Virus record (IMG/VR): IMGVR_UViG_2639762844_000003
Strand: one strand, 5' to 3'
Source of the DNA: a virus
Taxonomy: Duplodnaviria; Heunggongvirae; Uroviricota; Caudoviricetes
DNA length: 47,664 nucleotides
The notes beneath the pieces were generated by a model, which saw only the letters and a list, made by a program, of their open reading frames with translations, did not search any database and was not told where the DNA came from. This document shows, in pieces, positions 18,625 through 28,385 of this stretch; positions within the stretch are counted from its first letter, which is position 1, and each line of letters begins with the position of its first letter. The translations under genes and the position numbers were made by a program.

Positions 18625-18902
18625 TATGGCACCTGTGTTGTTCTGAGGTGAGCATATCACCTCTGTTCAGGTGGCCAAATTCAGTAAACCACTTCAAATG
18701 CCAGATATGAAAATGCGACAGTAAGGGCATTTACATCATCCCGAAGCTTGGAAATGCAGTCGAGCAACTCCTGTAGAGAAATGGTGCTATTGTCCATAAA
18801 CAATCCTCTCTATTGTATTTAACTATTCCTTGCCTGATTCAACAGGCCGGGACAGATAAACATATCCAGGGTTCAGAAACCGATAAATCCTGATAAATAT
18901 CC

Positions 18903-19445
18903 ATGAACGTAAAAATCAGATACGGCCTGTCGGCTGCCGTTCTGGCACTGATTGCCGTCGGTGCGCCTGCGCCTGATATTCTCGACCAGTTTCTGAATGA
19001 AAAAGAAGGTAACCACACAACGGCATACCGCGATGGTTCCGGCATCTGGACCATCTGTCGGGGTGCCACGGTGGTGGATGGAAAACCCGTTTTTCCCGGT
19101 ATGAAACTGTCGAAGGAAAAATGCGACCAGGTTAACGCCATTGAACGGGATAAGGCGCTGGCATGGGTGGAGCGCAATATTAAAGTGCCACTGACCGAAC
19201 CACAGAAAGCGGGTATAGCGTCATTTTGTCCCTATAACATTGGCCCCGGTAAGTGTTTCCCGTCGACGTTTTATAAGCGGCTGAATGCCGATGATCGTAA
19301 GGGGGCATGCGAGGCGATTCGCTGGTGGATAAAAGATGGTGGGCGTGATTGCCGCCTGACAAAAGGGCAGAAGAATGGCTGTTATGGGCAGGTCGAGCGG
19401 CGCGATCAGGAAAGCGCACTGGCGTGCTGGGGGCTGGAGCAATGA
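18903..19445 (+). CDS. SAR endolysin (phage-21 R-type lysozyme)
   Basis: N-terminal signal-anchor-release segment (GLSAAVLALIAVGAPA) followed by the E-D-T catalytic triad context EGNHTTAYRDGSGIWTICRG. Confidence 0.85.
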   Translation: MNVKIRYGLSAAVLALIAVGAPAPDILDQFLNEKEGNHTTAYRDGSGIWTICRGATVVDGKPVFPGMKLSKEKCDQVNAIERDKALAWVERNIKVPLTEPQKAGIASFCPYNIGPGKCFPSTFYKRLNADDRKGACEAIRWWIKDGGRDCRLTKGQKNGCYGQVERRDQESALACWGLEQ

Positions 19446-19978
19446 AAATTAATCCGGATCTTATAGGCGTTGTCGTTATTGCTGGCCTTTCGGTCGCTCT
19501 CGTCAAGAGTTGCTCTCACGCCAGTAATCTTCAGAGCGATAACGACGTTCTGCGAAGTGACAACTCTATGCTGGGGCAGGTAATCGCCACCCAGGCATTC
19601 AACTTCAATCGATTCAATCAGGTTGCAGAACATGCCAACAGTCTTAACTCCCTGATCGACACCAGCACCGAAAAAACCGTAATCGAATACCGGGAGATTC
19701 TCCGCCGTGAAAAAACCTGTGATCTGCCTGTTCCTGCTGATATCGCTGGTGGGTTGCTCGAATACACGTACCGTTTACGTGCCAGCGCCATGCACACCGA
19801 TACCGGCAGACCTAATGAAGCCTATGATCGTACCGCTACCACCAGCTCAATGACCTACTGCCAAGCTGTCTTGTGGATTAAGCCGCTACTGGCGTTGATA
19901 GAAAAAGGAAATAATAATTTTTCGAGTATTCGTGAAATTGATGAGTTGCGTTACAGACCATCTGAGCATGGCCAGTAA
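19442..19978 (+). CDS. Rz i-spanin
   Basis: 178-aa product with N-terminal transmembrane segment; start overlaps the endolysin stop (ATGA). Confidence 0.8.
   Translation: MKINPDLIGVVVIAGLSVALVKSCSHASNLQSDNDVLRSDNSMLGQVIATQAFNFNRFNQVAEHANSLNSLIDTSTEKTVIEYREILRREKTCDLPVPADIAGGLLEYTYRLRASAMHTDTGRPNEAYDRTATTSSMTYCQAVLWIKPLLALIEKGNNNFSSIREIDELRYRPSEHGQ
19707..19853 (+). CDS. Rz1 o-spanin lipoprotein, embedded in the +1 frame of Rz
   Basis: Hand-translated 48-codon ORF (GTG start): KKPVICLFLLISLVGC SNTRTVYVPAPCTPIPADLMKPMIVPLPPAQ, with lipobox LVGC and a Pro-rich mature part. Confidence 0.65.
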   Translation: MKKPVICLFLLISLVGCSNTRTVYVPAPCTPIPADLMKPMIVPLPPAQ

Positions 19979-20052
19979 GGTTGCAGGAAATTTAAAATCT
20001 GGCGATGAAATTTAATATTAGAAATTCATTGCCTAGTGAGATTAATAATGGG

Positions 20053-20095
20053 CATCCCTTTGTGACGATAAGCTTTAACACATTCACAAAGGGAT
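20053..20095. terminator. Bidirectional hairpin between Rz and the minus-strand cargo gene
   Basis: ATCCCTTTGTGA-N18-TCACAAAGGGAT, a 12-bp inverted repeat with A/T-rich flanks on both sides. Confidence 0.5.
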
Positions 20096-20146
20096 ATTTA
20101 ATATAGGGTGGTTAATTCCCACTTGCTGTGGTGTTTAGGGGGTAAT

Positions 20147-20839
20147 TCAAATCTTATCTAACTCATTATAGGCTTCGATAATAAAAATTCTGATTTTAAT
20201 AAGGCATGATTCAATGAAAGGAATTACTTCATGGTCATTCCCATGGAATCTTATTTTTTTCTCTTCGGTAATGACTATGTTTAAAGGTACACCATTACCA
20301 CTTCTTTGTAATTTCCCATTTTCGAAAGTAAAGTCTTCTAATTTTTTGCCATTGATGTGGTTGTTTTTAAAGAGAATTTTTGCTGAGCTTCCTGCTGTGA
20401 TTAAACCAAAACCATCTACGCTCACACTTAGGTCTTTAACAGAACTCTCTTCTCTTAAGGGGATTGGTTGTCTGTGCTTTACTTCATTAGTGAGATTACA
20501 CATCATTTCCAACCAAGATTCGCCAGTGTGATAATCCTGTATAGAAGTAAAAATTTTATATAATGGAGAAGATGATGGTGGGTTTATTTTTAGCGTCTTT
20601 GAGAAAAATTTATCAATAAACTCTTTTTTTCCGTAAGGGAAATATATTTTGGGGCGCTCATCATTACTGCGTGGAGAAATATATTTATCATAGGTATCAT
20701 TAGCGAGATACTCTAAGGAACTTCGTAAGTTTTCCAAAATAGCTTTGACTTTTACAGGCTTGATATGCTGTGTCTGTCTCATTATGTCAAGACTTTCTTC
20801 AACTTCTTGCAATAAGTCCAACGAGCCTTCTCTAGACAT
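20147..20839 (-). CDS. AT-rich cargo protein, 230 aa, unknown function
   Basis: GGAGAA Shine-Dalgarno 8 nt before the ATG at 20839; opposite strand to the late operon; AT-rich codon usage; no recognisable motif. Confidence 0.6.
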   Translation of the reverse strand: MSREGSLDLLQEVEESLDIMRQTQHIKPVKVKAILENLRSSLEYLANDTYDKYISPRSNDERPKIYFPYGKKEFIDKFFSKTLKINPPSSSPLYKIFTSIQDYHTGESWLEMMCNLTNEVKHRQPIPLREESSVKDLSVSVDGFGLITAGSSAKILFKNNHINGKKLEDFTFENGKLQRSGNGVPLNIVITEEKKIRFHGNDHEVIPFIESCLIKIRIFIIEAYNELDKI

Positions 20840-21224
20840 ACAGGTAATTCTCCTTTATGAATTTTCAACATGTTATAACTAATAATATATTTATCATATA
20901 ACTGTATGAATAAATTGTGAGATTAGTAATGCAAGTTTCTATCCATAGTGTTCTCTAAGTACCCGCTTCCATCATGTTGTTACGGACGGTATGGCTAAAA
21001 CAAAGCACCTGAAGTTAAACGTTCTGAACTTTATGCTCGTTGAGCATATGAATTATCTGTAACCCGATGCGCTGGTTGTGGTTCACATTGATGGTCGTAA
21101 TCAGCAGCGGTGGTGCCTGATGGCATGCAACTTCTTACTTATAAAACTTCGTATGGAATTGTTGCCATAACGAGCCCAGCTTAGCAGTTTTTAATGGGTC
21201 CTCCCGGCAGTGTGTCCTGCCACG

Positions 21225-21236
21225 GGGCGGGAGCGT
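21225..21236. other. Candidate cosN cohesive-end site
   Basis: GGGCGGGAGCGTCGCGG resembles lambda cosN (GGGCGGCGACCTCGCGG) and lies about 185 bp upstream of the small terminase start, the lambda cos-to-Nu1 distance. Confidence 0.4.
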
Positions 21237-21410
21237 CGCGGAAAAAGGCTAGTTTTTGAAATTTCATTCGTCATCACCACTACTGTAATGTATTGATATT
21301 ACAGTGGTTTTATTTTTGTGGTGTCGATTTTGATTGTTTTTTGTTCATCACTAACACCGTTTGCCTAAAGTTGTTCGCAAGATGCATGTTTAAAACATTC
21401 TGGAGCGGGT

Positions 21411-21905
21411 ATGGATCGAGAGTTAAAAAATCTGACGCTGAATATCAGTCAACTGGCGGCTCTGTCAGGTGTACATCGCCAGACTGCTGCGGCAAGGCTG
21501 CAAAATCTACCCGTTGCAGGGGGGCATGAAAGCAACCTCAAGCTTTATCGGGTGGTTGATATTGTGTCGGCATTTCTGGCATTACCACCGCCGGTTGCAG
21601 AAGGCGAAATGGACGCGCATGAGCGCAAAGCCTGGTATCAGTCTGAACGTGAGCGTCTTAAGTTCGAACAGGAAACGGCACAACTCATTCCGGCCAGTGA
21701 TGTCAGACGGGAGTTTGCCATCTGGGCAAAAGCGGTCGTGCAGGTGCTGGAGACATTACCGGATATTCTTGAACGTGACTGCGGTCTGCAGCCTGCCGCT
21801 GTGAGCCGTGTTCAGTCCATTATTGATGATCTGCGCGATCAGATAGCCCTGCGGGTGACCGAAGCAGGTGCGGATGATGAGGAGGAATTACAGCGGGAGG
21901 AGTAA
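21411..21905 (+). CDS. Terminase small subunit (Nu1-like)
   Basis: 164-aa ORF with N-terminal HTH (LNISQLAALSGVHRQTAAARL) directly upstream of the large terminase. Confidence 0.75.
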   Translation: MDRELKNLTLNISQLAALSGVHRQTAAARLQNLPVAGGHESNLKLYRVVDIVSAFLALPPPVAEGEMDAHERKAWYQSERERLKFEQETAQLIPASDVRREFAIWAKAVVQVLETLPDILERDCGLQPAAVSRVQSIIDDLRDQIALRVTEAGADDEEELQREE

Positions 21906-24007
21906 TGCTGAATCAGGAAACCGCAAAGGCAGCACGAACCGATTCAGGTTATATCCTTCGCGCACCGAGACGAATGCGGGTTGCTGATGCCGTTGCTCAG
22001 TATATGCGGGTGCCCATGGGGGCAGGGAACTCAGTCCCGTGGGATCCGCTGGTGGCACCGTATGTTATTGAGCCGATGAACTGCCTGGCCTCGCGTGAAT
22101 ACGACGCAGTGATATTTGTTGGCCCGGCACGAACCGGCAAGACTATCGGCCTGATTGACGGCTGGGTGATTTACAACGTGATTTGCGATCCTGCTGATAT
22201 GCTGATCATACAGATGACGGAGGAAAAAGCCCGCGAACACTCCAAAAAACGACTCGCCAGAACGTTTCGCGTCAGCCCGGAAGTGGTCAGTCGCCTGAGT
22301 CCGAACAAAAATGACAACAACGTTTATGACAGAACATTCCTTGCTGGTAACTACCTGAAAATCGGCTGGCCGTCAGTCAATATCATGTCCTCATCAGATT
22401 ATAAATGCGTCGCGCTGACGGATTATGACCGTTTTCCGGAAGATATTGATGGCGAGGGGGATGCTTTCTCTCTTGCCTCAAAACGTACCACAACATTTAT
22501 GTCCAGTGGTATGACGCTTGTGGAGAGTTCCCCCGGCAGGGATGTGAAGGATGTGAAATGGCGACGGACTTCACCGCATGAGGCTCCACCAACCACGGGG
22601 ATACTGTCGCTCTATAACCGTGGCGATCGCCGTCGCTGGTACTGGCCTTGTCCACACTGTGGTGAGTATTTTCAGCCCTGCGGCGATGTGGTTGCTGGTT
22701 TCCGTGATATTGCCGATCCCGTGCTGGCAAGTGAGGCGGCTTATATTCAGTGTCCTTCCTGTTCAGGACGGATTATGCCTGAACAAAAACGTGAGCTGAA
22801 CGGACGTGGGGTCTGGTTGCGGGATGGTGAATCCATCAATGCGGATGGCAGTCGTTATGGTGATCCCCGACGCTCACGTATTGCGTCATTCTGGATGGAG
22901 GGTCCGGCAGCTGCTTACCAGACACTCTCGCAACTCGTTTACAAACTGCTTACTGCAGAACAGGAATACGAGACAACCGGAAGTGAAGAAACACTCAAGA
23001 CGGTTATCAATACCGACTGGGGATTACCTTATCTTCCCCGCGCCAGCATGGAGCAACGAAAAAGTGAACTGCTTGAGCAGCGGGCAGAGCCAGTTCCTTC
23101 CCGCAGTGTGCCGGATGGCGTTAATTTCCTTGTGGCGACAGTGGATGTGCAGGCGGGACGTCATCGCCGTTTTGTGGTTCAGGTAACGGGCTATGGCAGC
23201 CGTGGCGAACGCTGGATTATTGATCGTTACAACATCACGCAGTCATTGCGCGGTGACAGCGACGGGGAGAGCCAGCGAATTGATCCGGCCAGCTATCCGG
23301 AAGACTGGGATGTCCTGCTGACGGATGTTTTTCATAAAAGCTGGCCGCTGGCCTCCGATCCTTCTCAACAAATGCGACTGATGGCAATGGCGGTGGACTC
23401 CGGCGGTGAAGACGGGGTCACTGATAATGCCTATAAATTCTGGCGTCGTTGCCGTCGTGATGGCCTTGGTAAACGTATTTACCTGTTTAAGGGCGACAGC
23501 ATCCGGCGCGCAAAACTGATCACCCGTACATTCCCTGATAACACCGGACGAACGGGCCGACGGGCGCAGGCCGCAGGTGATGTGCCGCTCTGGCTTCTTC
23601 AGACGGATGCACTGAAAGACCGGGTGAATAACGCGTTATGGCGTGACTCGCCAGGTCCCGGCTATGTGCATTTCCCTGACTGGCTGGGGAGTTGGTTTTA
23701 CGACGAACTGACGTATGAAGAGCGGAGCAGTGACGGGAAATGGAGTAAGCCAGGTCGCGGTGCCAACGAAGCTTTTGACCTGATGGTGTATGCCGAGGCT
23801 CTGGTCATTCTGCATGGATACGAAAAGATCCGCTGGCCGGATGCACCGGAGTGGGCGAGCCGGGAAACCTGGCTGGAGTGTGTCCCGGACAGTACCGAAC
23901 CGTCACCCACACCGGAACCGGTATCCACGCCTGTTAAAAAACAAAAACGGAAGAAAACAGTAACTGACGATGTTAACCCCTGGCTGACTTCCGGAGGATG
24001 GTTATGA
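21905..24007 (+). CDS. Terminase large subunit (gpA-like)
   Basis: 700-aa ORF with Walker A-like GPARTGKT; start overlaps the small-subunit stop. Confidence 0.9.
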   Translation: MLNQETAKAARTDSGYILRAPRRMRVADAVAQYMRVPMGAGNSVPWDPLVAPYVIEPMNCLASREYDAVIFVGPARTGKTIGLIDGWVIYNVICDPADMLIIQMTEEKAREHSKKRLARTFRVSPEVVSRLSPNKNDNNVYDRTFLAGNYLKIGWPSVNIMSSSDYKCVALTDYDRFPEDIDGEGDAFSLASKRTTTFMSSGMTLVESSPGRDVKDVKWRRTSPHEAPPTTGILSLYNRGDRRRWYWPCPHCGEYFQPCGDVVAGFRDIADPVLASEAAYIQCPSCSGRIMPEQKRELNGRGVWLRDGESINADGSRYGDPRRSRIASFWMEGPAAAYQTLSQLVYKLLTAEQEYETTGSEETLKTVINTDWGLPYLPRASMEQRKSELLEQRAEPVPSRSVPDGVNFLVATVDVQAGRHRRFVVQVTGYGSRGERWIIDRYNITQSLRGDSDGESQRIDPASYPEDWDVLLTDVFHKSWPLASDPSQQMRLMAMAVDSGGEDGVTDNAYKFWRRCRRDGLGKRIYLFKGDSIRRAKLITRTFPDNTGRTGRRAQAAGDVPLWLLQTDALKDRVNNALWRDSPGPGYVHFPDWLGSWFYDELTYEERSSDGKWSKPGRGANEAFDLMVYAEALVILHGYEKIRWPDAPEWASRETWLECVPDSTEPSPTPEPVSTPVKKQKRKKTVTDDVNPWLTSGGWL

Positions 24008-24216
24008 ACCAGAATGATATCGAAGCCATGATTCAGCGTTATACGGAAGCTGAAATGGCGGTGCTGGACGGAAAATCCGTCACCTTTAATGGTCAGCAGA
24101 TGACCATGGAAAACTTATCTGAGATCCGGCAGGGGCGGCAGGAGTGGGAGCGCCGCCTTGCGGCTCTGATTACACGACGACGGGGGCATCCCGGGTACCG
24201 GCTGGCGAGGTTCTGA
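24004..24216 (+). CDS. Head-tail joining protein (gpW-like)
   Basis: About 70-aa ORF between terminase and portal ending ..RRRGHPGYRLARF, as lambda W ends ..RRRGPAGFYV. Confidence 0.7.
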   Translation: MNQNDIEAMIQRYTEAEMAVLDGKSVTFNGQQMTMENLSEIRQGRQEWERRLAALITRRRGHPGYRLARF

Positions 24217-25724
24217 TGGCAATTCTTGATGATGTGATTGGCGTTTTTTCACCAGGATGGAAAGCGGCAAGGCTGCGTTCCCGTGCGGTGATCCAGGCTT
24301 ATGAGGCCGTAAAAACGACGCGGACACACAAAGCCCGGCGGGAAAACCGAACTGCCGACCAGTTAAGCCAGTACGGGGCCGTGTCGTTACGTGAGCAGGC
24401 CCGTTACCTTGATAACAACCACGATCTGGTCATTGGTGTATTTGACAAGCTGGAAGAACGGGTGGTGGGGAAAAACGGGATTATTGTCGAGCCACATCCG
24501 GTATTACGCAATGGGGCCATTGCCCGTGACCTGGCTGCGGAGATTCGCACCCGATGGAGTGAATGGTCTGTCAGCCCGGAAGTCACCGGGCAGTTTACCC
24601 GTCCGATGCTGGAACGTCTGATGCTGCGTACCTGGCTGCGCGATGGTGAGGTGTTTGTCCAGATGGTTTCCGGGCGCATAAACAGCCTGACGCCTTCTGC
24701 CGGTGTTCATTTCTGGCTGGAGGCACTCGAGCCGGACTTTATTCCCATGACCAGTGATGAGAGCAACAGGCTGAATCAGGGCGTGTTTGTTGATGACTGG
24801 GGGCGTCCCGAAAAATATCTGGTGTATAAAAGTCGTCCCGTATCCGGACGGCAGATGGAAACCAAAGAAGTGGATGCAGAGCGAATGCTGCATCTTAAAT
24901 TTGTTCGCCGTCTGCACCAGATGCGCGGGACGTCTTTGTTGTCCGGTGTGCTGATCCGCCTCAGTGCCCTGAAAGAGTATGAAGATTCTGAGCTGACTGC
25001 AGCAAGGATCGCCGCTGCTCTGGGGATGTACATCCGGAAAGGCGACGGGCAGAGCTATGAACCGGATGGTAATGGCAGCAAGGATAAGGAACGCGAGCTT
25101 ACCATTCAGCCAGGCATTATTTACGACGATCTGAAACCCGGCGAAGAAATCGGAATGGTGAAGTCGGATCGTCCCAATCCTAACCTTGAAACTTTTCGTA
25201 ATGGTCAGTTGCGTGCCGTGGCGGCGGGCAGTCGTCTGAGTTTTTCCAGTACGGCACGCAACTATAACGGCACTTACAGCGCCCAGCGTCAGGAGCTGGT
25301 TGAATCCACTGATGGCTACCTGATCCTGCAGGACTGGTTTATTGGTGCCGTCACCCGCCCGATGTATCGTGCCTGGCTGAAACAGGCTGTGGCATCCGGT
25401 GTTATCAGGCTACCCCGCGATCTTGACCGTTCTTCACTGTATACCGCGGTGTATTCCGGACCGGTGATGCCGTGGATTGACCCTGTTAAGGAGGCTGAGG
25501 CCTGGAAAATTCAGATTCGTGGTGGAGCAGCGACAGAATCAGACTGGGTACGTGCAGGTGGTCGTAATCCGGATGATGTCAAACGTCGGCGCAAGGCCGA
25601 AATTGATGAAAACCGCACGCTGGATCTGGTATTTGATACCGATCCGGCCAGTGATAAAGGAGGCAGCAGTGCCGCAACGAAACGACAGGAGCCGCAGCAC
25701 ACCGACGACCAGTCCGAAGAATAA
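24216..25724 (+). CDS. Portal protein (gpB-like)
   Basis: About 500-aa ORF from the ATG at 24216 that overlaps the gpW stop; lambda gene order. Confidence 0.85.
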   Translation: MAILDDVIGVFSPGWKAARLRSRAVIQAYEAVKTTRTHKARRENRTADQLSQYGAVSLREQARYLDNNHDLVIGVFDKLEERVVGKNGIIVEPHPVLRNGAIARDLAAEIRTRWSEWSVSPEVTGQFTRPMLERLMLRTWLRDGEVFVQMVSGRINSLTPSAGVHFWLEALEPDFIPMTSDESNRLNQGVFVDDWGRPEKYLVYKSRPVSGRQMETKEVDAERMLHLKFVRRLHQMRGTSLLSGVLIRLSALKEYEDSELTAARIAAALGMYIRKGDGQSYEPDGNGSKDKERELTIQPGIIYDDLKPGEEIGMVKSDRPNPNLETFRNGQLRAVAAGSRLSFSSTARNYNGTYSAQRQELVESTDGYLILQDWFIGAVTRPMYRAWLKQAVASGVIRLPRDLDRSSLYTAVYSGPVMPWIDPVKEAEAWKIQIRGGAATESDWVRAGGRNPDDVKRRRKAEIDENRTLDLVFDTDPASDKGGSSAATKRQEPQHTDDQSEE

Positions 25725-25737
25725 TTCCTGGTTCAGG

Positions 25738-27696
25738 ATGCAGGCTGGTCACCAGAGTGACGCGGATATTTATATTTATGACGAGATTGGTTTCTGGGGT
25801 GTTACAGCGAAGCAGTTTATCAGTGATCTGAATGCACTGGGCGATATCACCCACATTAATCTCCATATCAATTCACCGGGTGGCGATGTCTTTGAAGGCA
25901 TCGCCATTTTTAATGCACTGAAAACACATGGTGCGTCCATTACCGTTTATGTCGACGGTGTGGCGGCGTCAATGGCGTCGGTCATTGCGATGGTGGGAAA
26001 CCCGGTCATTATGCCGGAAAACACCTTCATGATGATTCATAAACCATTTGGCTTTACGGGCGGTGATGCGGAGGACATGCGCACCTATGCCGACCTGCTC
26101 GATAAGGTTGAGGCGGTTCTGTTACCCGCTTATGCACAGAAAACCGGGAAAACCACCGATGAAATTGCTGCCATGCTGGCGGATGAGACCTGGATGTCCG
26201 GTGCCGAATGTCTGGCACATGGATTTGCTGATCAGGTGACGCCAGCCGTTAAGGCAATGGCATGTATTCAGTCAAAACGTACAGAGGAATTTAAAAAGAT
26301 GCCGGAATCCATTCGAAACATGATTACTCCGCCACGCAACAGTGCTCCACGCGTACAGGATGATGAACCTGCAGCCTCCCGGACGCCAGTGCAGGCAGCA
26401 GCACCCGTGGTGGATGAAAACAGTATCCGTGCGCAGGTACTGGCAGAGCAAAAAGCGCGTGTAAACGGTATTAATGATCTGTTTGCCATGTTTGGCGGGC
26501 GTTATCAGACGCTGCAGGCTCAGTGTCTTGCCGATCCTGAATGTTCGCTGGAGCAGGCCCGCGAAAAGCTGTTGAACGAGATGGGGCGCGAGTCCACGCC
26601 ATCCAATAAAAATACACCGGCTCATATTTATGCCGGTAACGGTAATTTTGTGGGGGACGGGATCCGCCAGGCGCTGATGGCGCGTGCCGGATTTGAAAAA
26701 ACCGAACGTGATAATGTCTACAACGGGATGACCCTGCGTGAATATGCCCGTATGTCACTGACTGAACGGGGTATTGGGGTTTCCAGTTATAACCCGATGC
26801 AGATGGTCGGTGCGGCGTTCACACACAGTACGTCTGACTTCGGTAATATTCTGCTGGATGTTGCGAACAAAGCCATTCTGCAGGGCTGGGAAGATGCTCC
26901 TGAAACCTATGAACAGTGGACGCGGAAAGGTCAGTTGTCTGATTTTAAAATTGCCCATCGTGTGGGTATGGGGGGCTTCAGTGCTCTGCGTCAGGTGCGT
27001 GAAGGGGCGGAATATAAATACGTCACCACCGGAGATAAACAGGCCACTATTGCACTGGCGACCTATGGCGAGCTGTTCAGTATCACCCGTCAGGCCATTA
27101 TCAATGATGATCTGAATATGCTGACCGATGTCCCGATGAAACTGGGCCGTGCGGCGAAATCCACTATTGCCGATCTGGTTTATGCCATTCTGACGTCTAA
27201 CCCGAAAATCTCCACAGATAATGTAAGTCTGTTCGATAAAGCGAAACATGCAAACGTACTGGAGAGCGCTGCAATGGACGTGGCATCGCTGGATAAAGCC
27301 CGCCAGTTGATGCGCGTTCAGAAAGAGGGGGAGCGTCATCTGAATATTCGTCCTGCGTTCGTACTGGTACCGACGGCGATGGAGTCTGTTGCTAACCAGG
27401 TCATTCGCTCCTCAAGTGTCAAGGGGGCTGACATTAACGCCGGTATTATTAACCCGGTGAAAGATTTTGCGACCGTTATTGCAGAGCCTCGTCTTGATGA
27501 TAACAGCCAGACCACCTTCTACCTGGCTGCGTCAAAAGGCTCCGATACGATTGAAGTGGCTTATCTCAACGGTGTGGATACGCCATATATTGATCAGATG
27601 GAGGGCTTCAGTGTGGATGGCGTGACAACGAAAGTGCGTATTGACGCCGGTGTCGCGCCAGTTGATCACCGCGGTCTGGTGAAATGTACGGCGTAA
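25738..27696 (+). CDS. Prohead protease (ClpP-like) fused to major capsid protein
   Basis: N-terminal ClpP-type motifs (INSPGGDVFEGIAIFNAL, MASVIAM, MMIHKP) continuous with a C-terminal capsid-sized domain; the start codon choice is uncertain. Confidence 0.8.
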   Translation: MQAGHQSDADIYIYDEIGFWGVTAKQFISDLNALGDITHINLHINSPGGDVFEGIAIFNALKTHGASITVYVDGVAASMASVIAMVGNPVIMPENTFMMIHKPFGFTGGDAEDMRTYADLLDKVEAVLLPAYAQKTGKTTDEIAAMLADETWMSGAECLAHGFADQVTPAVKAMACIQSKRTEEFKKMPESIRNMITPPRNSAPRVQDDEPAASRTPVQAAAPVVDENSIRAQVLAEQKARVNGINDLFAMFGGRYQTLQAQCLADPECSLEQAREKLLNEMGRESTPSNKNTPAHIYAGNGNFVGDGIRQALMARAGFEKTERDNVYNGMTLREYARMSLTERGIGVSSYNPMQMVGAAFTHSTSDFGNILLDVANKAILQGWEDAPETYEQWTRKGQLSDFKIAHRVGMGGFSALRQVREGAEYKYVTTGDKQATIALATYGELFSITRQAIINDDLNMLTDVPMKLGRAAKSTIADLVYAILTSNPKISTDNVSLFDKAKHANVLESAAMDVASLDKARQLMRVQKEGERHLNIRPAFVLVPTAMESVANQVIRSSSVKGADINAGIINPVKDFATVIAEPRLDDNSQTTFYLAASKGSDTIEVAYLNGVDTPYIDQMEGFSVDGVTTKVRIDAGVAPVDHRGLVKCTA

Positions 27697-27719
27697 ACGT
27701 CGCAGACAACAACTCTGAT

Positions 27720-27739
27720 GGCCCGTAAGGGCTTTTTTT
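27720..27739 (+). terminator. Rho-independent terminator or attenuator after the capsid gene
   Basis: GCCC-GTAA-GGGC hairpin plus a T7 run. Confidence 0.6.
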
Positions 27740-27782
27740 GTACCTGAAATCAGCCCCTGAACGGGGCTGTGCGGAGACAGTT

Positions 27783-28106
27783 ATGGCAAAGAATTTTGTA
27801 GAAGAAGGAAAAACGGTGGCGATTGTTGCCAGTGCAGCCATCAGCAGCGGAGATCTGGTGCAGGTGGGTGATGTTTTTGCGGTGGCGCTGACCGATATTC
27901 CACAGGGTGAAACAGGCGACGGCATGACCGAAGGTGTGTTTATGCTGCCTAAGCTGAAAACGGATGACATGAAAACGGGTAAGAAGGTTTATCTGAAGTC
28001 CGGAAAAGTTCAGCTGACTAACAGCGGCTCTGATCCGCTGGTCGGGGTTGTCTGGGCAGATGCCGGAACCAGTGCAGAAGAAGTGCCGGTAAAACTCAAT
28101 GTCTGA
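27783..28106 (+). CDS. Head decoration / DUF2190-like protein
   Basis: 107-aa ORF after the capsid gene; GGAGA Shine-Dalgarno. Confidence 0.55.
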   Translation: MAKNFVEEGKTVAIVASAAISSGDLVQVGDVFAVALTDIPQGETGDGMTEGVFMLPKLKTDDMKTGKKVYLKSGKVQLTNSGSDPLVGVVWADAGTSAEEVPVKLNV

Positions 28107-28374
28107 TCCCTTTTCCCGGCTGGCAGCGCATATGGATGCGATCACGGTCAGAAAGATGGGAAAGACAGCCTCGATTAATGATGCCGATATGACTGTGATC
28201 CCGGGAGAAACACTGGCAGAGCTGAATGCTCTGTCCGGACCTGCGGTCTCTCTGGTGGTGTTTTCTTCGGGATACCGCCCACGGCGCGGGGATCGCGTTG
28301 TTTATGACGGACAACAATGGACGGTCACACGGCATGAACGTTTTAACGGTAAGCCAATGATCTTTATTGAGTAA
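28099..28374 (+). CDS. Head-tail connector (head completion) protein
   Basis: 91-aa ORF between head and tail modules. Confidence 0.5.
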   Translation: MSDPFSRLAAHMDAITVRKMGKTASINDADMTVIPGETLAELNALSGPAVSLVVFSSGYRPRRGDRVVYDGQQWTVTRHERFNGKPMIFIE

Positions 28375-28385
28375 AGAGGTGTGGG

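Noticed and set aside
22031-27970. Numerous short ORFs on both strands within terminase, portal and capsid genes
   Set aside because: Nested or antisense ORFs in long, well-supported structural genes.
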